Source of the DNA: Auanema rhodensis
Taxonomy: Eukaryota; Animalia; Nematoda
Assembly (NCBI GenBank): GCA_964057225.1
Contig: OZ059898.1
Location: forward strand, 16,554,001-16,618,000
Direction of reading: 5' to 3'
Length of the DNA: 64,000 bases
The position numbers and the translations under genes are program-made. Of the stretch, positions 57,301 through 64,000 are shown one piece after another. The notes under the pieces are model-generated. The model was given only the letters and a program-made list of their open reading frames with translations. It was not told the DNA's origin and did not search any database. Every line of letters starts with the position of its first letter. Positions within the stretch are counted from its first letter, which is position 1.

Positions 57301-57358
57301 CAAAGTCATGGTTACCATGAACCAATATCAATAAAAATTTGTTTTTAGACTAATATGG
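51375..57358 (+). repeat. Recurrent 4-5-monomer cassette (G6A/A98T, G7T+C25G, CACGTAAAC, CTAGTTTT), four copies
   Basis: Copies start at about 51375, 54015, 55775 and 56655; the last two are 880 bp apart. Confidence 0.85.
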
Positions 57359-60300
57359 ACATGGGGAATCTAATTTTGAAAACCGCATCTCTTTATCTTT
57401 CACGTGAAGCGAGTTACATACCAAGTGCACATCACGTGTACATTTAATTAGCATAAATTAAAGTTCACGTAAATTTCAAAGTCATGGTTACCATGAACCA
57501 ATATCAATAAAAATTTGTTTTTAGACTAATATGGACATGGGGAATCTAATTTTGAAAACCGCATCTCTTTATCTTTCACGTGAAGCGAGTTACATACCAA
57601 GTGCACATCACGTGTACATTTAATTAGCATAAATTAAAGTTCACGTAAATTTCAAAGTCATGATTACCATGAACCAATATCAATAAAAATTTGTTTTTAG
57701 ACTAATATGGACATGAGGAATCTAATTTTGAAAACCGCATCTCTTTATCTTTCACGTGAAGCGAGTTACATACCAAGTGCACATCACGTGTACATTTAAT
57801 TAGCATAAATTGAAGTTCACGTAAATTTCAAAGTCATGGTTACCATTAACCAATATCAATGAAAATTTGTTTTTAGACTAATATGGACATGGGGAATCTA
57901 ATTTTGAAAACCGCATCTTTTTATCTTTCACGTGAAGCGAGTTACATACCAAGTGCACATCACGTGTACATTTAAGTAGCATAAATTAAAGTTCACGTAA
58001 ATTTCAAAGTCATGGTTACCATGAACCAATATCAATAAAAATTTGTTTTTAGACTAATATGGACATGGGGAATCTAATTTTGAAAAGCGCATCTCTTTAT
58101 CTTTCACGTGAAGCGAGTTACATACCAAGTGCACATCACGTGTACATTTAATTAGCATAAATTAAAGTTCACGTAAATTTCAAAGTCATGGTTACCATGA
58201 ACCAATATCAATAAAAATTTGTTTTTAGACTAATATGGACATGGGGAATCTAATTTTGAAAACCGCATCTCTTTATCTTTCACGTGAAGCGAGTTACATA
58301 CCAAGTGCACATCACGTGTACATTTAATTAGCATAAATTAAAGTTCACGTAAATTTCAAAGTCATGGTTACCATGAACCAATATCAATAAAAATTTGTTT
58401 TTAGACTAGGATGGACATGGGGAATCTAATTTTGAAAACCGCATCTCTTTATCTTTCACGTGAAGCGAGTTACATACCAAGTGCACATCACGTGTACATT
58501 TAATTAGCATAAATTAAAGTTCACGTAAATTTCAAAGTCATGGTTACCATGCACCAATATCAATAAAAATTTGTTTTTAGACTAATATGGACATGGGGAA
58601 TCTAATTTTGAAAACCGCATCTCTTTATCTTTCACGTGAAGCGAGTTACATACCAAGTGCACATCACGTGTACATTTAATTAGCATAAATTAAAGTTCAC
58701 GTAAATTTCAAAGTCATGGTTACCATGAACCAATATCAATAAAAATTTGTTTTTAGACTAGGATGGACATGGGGAATCTAATTTTGAAAACCGCATCTCT
58801 TTATCTTTCACGTGAAGCGAGTTACATACCAAGTGCACATCACGTGTACATTTAATTAGCATAAATTAAAGTTCACGTAAATTTCAAAGTCATGGTTACC
58901 ATGAACCAATATCAATAAAAATTTGTTTTTAGACTAATATGGACATGGGGAATCTAATTTTGAAAACCGCATCTCTTTATCTTTCACGTGAAGCGAGTTA
59001 CATACCAAGTGCACATCACGTGTACATTTAATTAGCATAAATTAAAGTTCACGTAAATTTCAAAGTCATGGTTACCATGAACCAATATCAATAAAAATTT
59101 GTTTTTAGACTAATATGGACATGGGGAATCTAATTTTGAAAACCGCATCTCTTTATCTTTCACGTGAAGCGAGTTACATACCAAGTGCACATCACGTGTA
59201 CATTTAATTAGCATAAATTAAAGTTCACGTAAATTTCAAAGTCATGGTTACCATGAACCAATATCAATAAAAATTTGTTTTTAGACTAATATGGACATGG
59301 GGAATCTAATTTTGAAAACCGCATCTCTTTATCTTTCACGTGAAGCGAGTTACATACCAAGTGCACATCACGTGTACATTTAATTAGCATAAATTAAAGT
59401 TCACGTAAATTTCAAAGTCATGGTTACCATGAACCAATATCAATAAAAATTTGTTTTTAGACTAGGATGGACATGGGGAATCTAATTTTGGAAACCGCAT
59501 CTCTTTATCTTTCACGTGAAGCGAGTTACATACCAAGTGCACATCACGTGTACATTTAATTAGCATAAATTAAAGTTCACGTAAATTTCAAAGTCATGGT
59601 TACCATGAACCAATATCAATAAAAATTTGTTTTTAGACTAATATGGACATGGGGAATCTAATTTTGAAAACCGCATCTCTTTATCTTTCACGTGAAGCGA
59701 GTTACATACCAAGTGCACATCACGTGTACATTTAATTAGCATAAATTAAAGTTCACGTAAATTTCAAAGTCATGGTTACCATGAACCAATATCAATAAAA
59801 ATTTGTTTTTAGACTAATATGGACATGGGGAATCTAATTTTGAAAACCGCATCTCTTTATCTTTCACGTGAAGCGAGTTACATACCAAGTGCACATCACG
59901 TGTACATTTAATTAGCATAAATTAAAGTTCACGTAAATTTCAAAGTCATGGTTACCATGAACCAATATCAATAAAAATTTGTTTTTAGACTAGGATGGAC
60001 ATGGGGAATCTAATTTTGAAAACCGCATCTCTTTATCTTTCACGTGAAGCGAGTTACATACCAAGTGCACATCACGTGTACATTTAATTAGCATAAATTA
60101 AAGTTCACGTAAATTTCAAAGTCATGGTTACCATGCACCAATATCAATAAAAATTTGTTTTTAGACTAATATGGACATGGGGAATCTAATTTTGAAAACC
60201 GCATCTCTTTATCTTTCACGTGAAGCGAGTTACATACCAAGTGCACATCACGTGTACATTTAATTAGCATAAATTAAAGTTCACGTAAATTTCAAAGTCA

Positions 60301-63300
60301 TGGTTACCATGAACCAATATCAATAAAAATTTGTTTTTAGACTAGGATGGACATGGGGAATCTAATTTTGAAAACCGCATCTCTTTATCTTTCACGTGAA
60401 GCGAGTTACATACCAAGTGCACATCACGTGTACATTTAATTAGCATAAATTAAAGTTCACGTAAATTTCAAAGTCATGGTTACCATGAACCAATATCAAT
60501 AAAAATTTGTTTTTAGACTAATATGGACATGGGGAATCTAATTTTGAAAACCGCATCTCTTTATCTTTCACGTGAAGCGAGTTACATACCAAGTGCACAT
60601 CACGTGTACATTTAATTAGCATAAATTAAAGTTCACGTAAATTTCAAAGTCATGGTTACCATGAACCAATATCAATAAAAATTTGTTTTTAGACTAGGAT
60701 GGACATGGGGAATCTAATTTTGAAAACCGCATCTCTTTATCTTTCACGTGAAGCGAGTTACATACCGAGTGCACATCACGTGTACATTTAATTAGCATAA
60801 ATTAAAGTTCACGTAAATTTCAAAGTCATGGTTACCATGAACCAATATCAATAAAAATTTGTTTTTAGACTAGGATGGACATGGGGAATCTAATTTTGAA
60901 AACCGCATCTCTTTATCTTTCACGTGAAGCGAGTTACATACCAAGTGCACATCACGTTTACATTTAATTAGCATAAATTAAAGTTCACGTAAATTTCAAA
61001 GTCATGGTTACCATGAACCAATATCAATAAAAATTTGTTTTTAGACTAATATGGACATGGGGAATCTAATTTTGAAAACCGCATCTCTTGATCTTTCACG
61101 TGAAGCGAGTTACATACCAAGTGCACATCACGTGTACATTTAATTAGCATAAAGTAAAGTTCACGTAAATTTCAAAGTCATGGTTACCATGAACAAATAT
61201 CAATAAAAATTTGTTTTTAGACTAATATGGACATGGGGAATCTAATTTTGAAAACCGCATCTCTTGATCTTTCACGTGAAGCGAGTTACATACCAAGTGC
61301 ACATCACGTGTACATTTAATTAGCATAAATTAAAGTTCACGTAAATTTCAAAGTTATGGTTACCATGAACCAATATCAATAAAAATTTGTTTTTAGACTA
61401 ATATGGACATGGGGAATCTAATTTTGAAAACCGCATCTCTTTATCTTTCACGTGAAGCGAGTTACATACCAAGTGCACATCACGTGTACATTTAATTAGC
61501 ATAAATTAAAGTTCACGTAAATTTCAAAGACATGGTTACCATGAACCAATATCAATAAAAATTTGTTTTTAGACTAATATGGACATGGGGAATCTAATTT
61601 TGAAAACCGCATCTCTTTATCTTTCACGTGAAGCGAGTTACATACCAAGTGCACATCACGTGTACATTTAATTAGCATAAATTAAAGTTCACGTAAATTT
61701 CAAAGTCATGGTTACCATGAACCAATATCAATAAAAATTTGTTTTTAGACTAGGATGGACATGGGGAATCTAATTTTGAAAACCGCATCTCTTTTTCTTT
61801 CACGTGAAGCGAGTTACATACCAAGTGCACATCACGTGTACATTTAATTAGCATAAATTAAAGTTCACGTAAATTTCAAAGTCATGGTTACCATGCACCA
61901 ATATCAATAAAAATTTGTTTTTAGACTAATATGGACATGGGGAATCTAATTTTAAAAACCGCATCTCTTTATCTTTCACGTGAAGCGAGTTACATACCAA
62001 GTGCACATCACGTGTACATTTAATTAGCATAAATTAAAGTTCACGTAAATTTCAAAGTTATGGTTACCATGAACCAATATCAATAAAAATTTGTTTTTAG
62101 ACTAATATGGACATGGGGAATCTAATTTTGAAAACCGCATCTCTTTATCTTTCACGTGAAGCGAGTTACATACCAAGTGCACATCACGTGTACATTTAAT
62201 TAGCATAAATTAAAGTTCACGTAAATTTCAAAGTCATGGTTACCATGAACCAATATCAATAAAAATTTGTTTTTAGACTAGGATGGACATGGGGGATCTA
62301 ATTTTGAAAACCGCATCTCTTTATCTTTCACGTGAAGCGAGTTACATACCAAGTGCACATCACGTGTACATTTAATTAGCATAAATTAAAGTTCACGTAA
62401 ATTTCAAAGTCATGGTTACCATGCACCAATATCAATAAAAATTTGTTTTTAGACTAATATGGACATGGGGAATCTAATTTTGAAAACCGCATCTCTTTAT
62501 CTCTCACGTGAAGCGAGTTACATACCAAGTACACATCACGTGTACATTTAATTAGCATAAATTAAAGTTCACGTAAATTTCAAAGTCATGGTTACCATGA
62601 ACCAATATCAATAAAAATTTGTTTTTAGACTAATATGGACATGGGGAATCTAATTTTGAAAACCGCATCTCTTTATCTTTCACGTGAAGCGAGTTACATA
62701 CCAAGTGCACATCACGTGTACATTTAATTAGCATAAATTAAAGTTCACGTAAATTTCAAAGTCATGGTTACCATGAACAAATATCAATAAAAATTTGTTT
62801 TTAGACTAATATGGACATGGGGAATCTAATTTTGAAAACCGCATCTCTTTATCTTTCACGTGAAGCGAGTTACATACCAAGTGCACATCACGTGTACATT
62901 TAATTAGCATAAATTAAAGTTCACGTAAATTTCAAAGTCATGGTTACCATGAACCAATATCAATAAAAATTTGTTTTTAGACTAATATGGACATGGGGAA
63001 TCTAATTTTGAAAACCGCATCTCTTGATCTTTCACGTGAAGCGAGTTACATACCAAGTGCACATCACGTGTACATTTAATTAGCATAAATTAAAGTTCAC
63101 GTAAATTTCAAAGTCATGGTTACCATGAACAAATATCAATAAAAATTTGTTTTTAGACTAATATGGACATGGGGAATCTAATTTTGAAAACCGCATCTCT
63201 TTATCTTTCACGTGAAGCGAGTTACATACCAAGTGCACATCACGTGTACATTTAATTAGCATAAATTAAAGTTCACGTAAATTTCAAAGTCATGGTTACC

Positions 63301-64000
63301 ATGAACAAATATCAATAAAAATTTGTTTTTAGACTAATATGGACATGGGGAATCTAATTTTGAAAACCGCATCTCTTTATCTTTCACGTGAAGCGAGTTA
63401 CATACCAAGTGCACATCACGTGTACATTTAATTAGCATAAATTAAAGTTCACGTAAATTTCAAAGTCATGGTTACCATGAACCAATATCAATAAAAATTT
63501 GTTTTTAGACTAGGATGGACATGGGGAATCTAATTTTGAAAACCGCATCTCTTTATCTTTCACGTGAAGCGAGTTACATACCAAGTGCACATCACGTGTA
63601 CATTTAATTAGCATAAATTAAAGTTCACGTAAATTTCAAAGTCATGGTTACCATGCACCAATATCAATAAAAATTTGTTTTTAGACTAATATGGACATGG
63701 GGAATCTAATTTTAAAAACCGCATCTCTTTATCTTTCACGTGAAGCGAGTTACATACCAAGTGCACATCACGTGTACATTTAATTAGCATAAATTAAAGT
63801 TCACGTAAATTTCAAAGTTATGGTTACCATGAACCAATATCAATAAAAATTTGTTTTTAGACTAATATGGACATGGGGAATCTAATTTTGAAAACCGCAT
63901 CTCTTTATCTTTCACGTGAAGCGAGTTACATACCAAGTGCACATCACGTGTACATTTAATTAGCATAAATTAAAGTTCACGTAAATTTCAAAGTTATGGT

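Larger units (their letters stand above)
1..64000. repeat. Tandem satellite DNA array, 176-bp monomer, about 363.7 copies, single orientation; runs to both window edges
   Basis: ACATGGGGAATCTAATTTTG... recurs at 1, 177, 353, ... 881. Phase shifts only at six indels (-68, +22, -1, +22, -1, +8; net -18). The last monomer starts at 63871 = 1 + 363x176 - 18. Confidence 0.99.
1..64000. other. Putative centromeric or pericentromeric heterochromatin satellite (functional assignment inferred)
   Basis: Nucleosome-scale monomer, AT richness, very high homogeneity, nascent higher-order repeats and no interruption over 64 kb resemble known centromeric satellites such as 171-bp alpha satellite and Arabidopsis CEN178. 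No direct evidence of centromere function is available from sequence. Confidence 0.55.

Noticed and set aside
1-64000. CRISPR array
   Set aside because: No unique spacers and no cas genes; the entire 176-bp unit is repeated.

Overview
The whole 64 kb window is one uninterrupted head-to-tail array of a 176-bp, AT-rich (about 32% GC) satellite. It holds 363 monomers plus a partial 364th starting at 63871, all in the same orientation. I see no supportable genes, RNA genes, CRISPR spacers or transposon insertions. Most monomers differ from the consensus by only about 0-5 substitutions. Monomer size and homogeneity are typical of eukaryotic centromeric or pericentromeric satellite DNA (inference); I do not recognise the family or the host. 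The monomer is rich in dyad symmetry, carries two CACGTG E/G-boxes within a TCACGT triplet spaced 32-33 bp apart, and has a CENP-B-box-like 17-mer. Shared variants reveal local higher-order duplications (3-, 5-, 10-, 16/17- and 20/21-mers) and a left-to-right turnover of variant sets. Only three kinds of multi-base structural lesion occur: a 108-bp monomer at 5105, 198-bp monomers at 31261 and 34802, and a deletion with templated insertion near 51000. All three involve the same motif, GAATCTAATTTT. I found no new protein-coding system; the interest lies in the satellite's architecture and evolution. Variant names such as A65G use consensus coordinates, which equal window positions 1-176.
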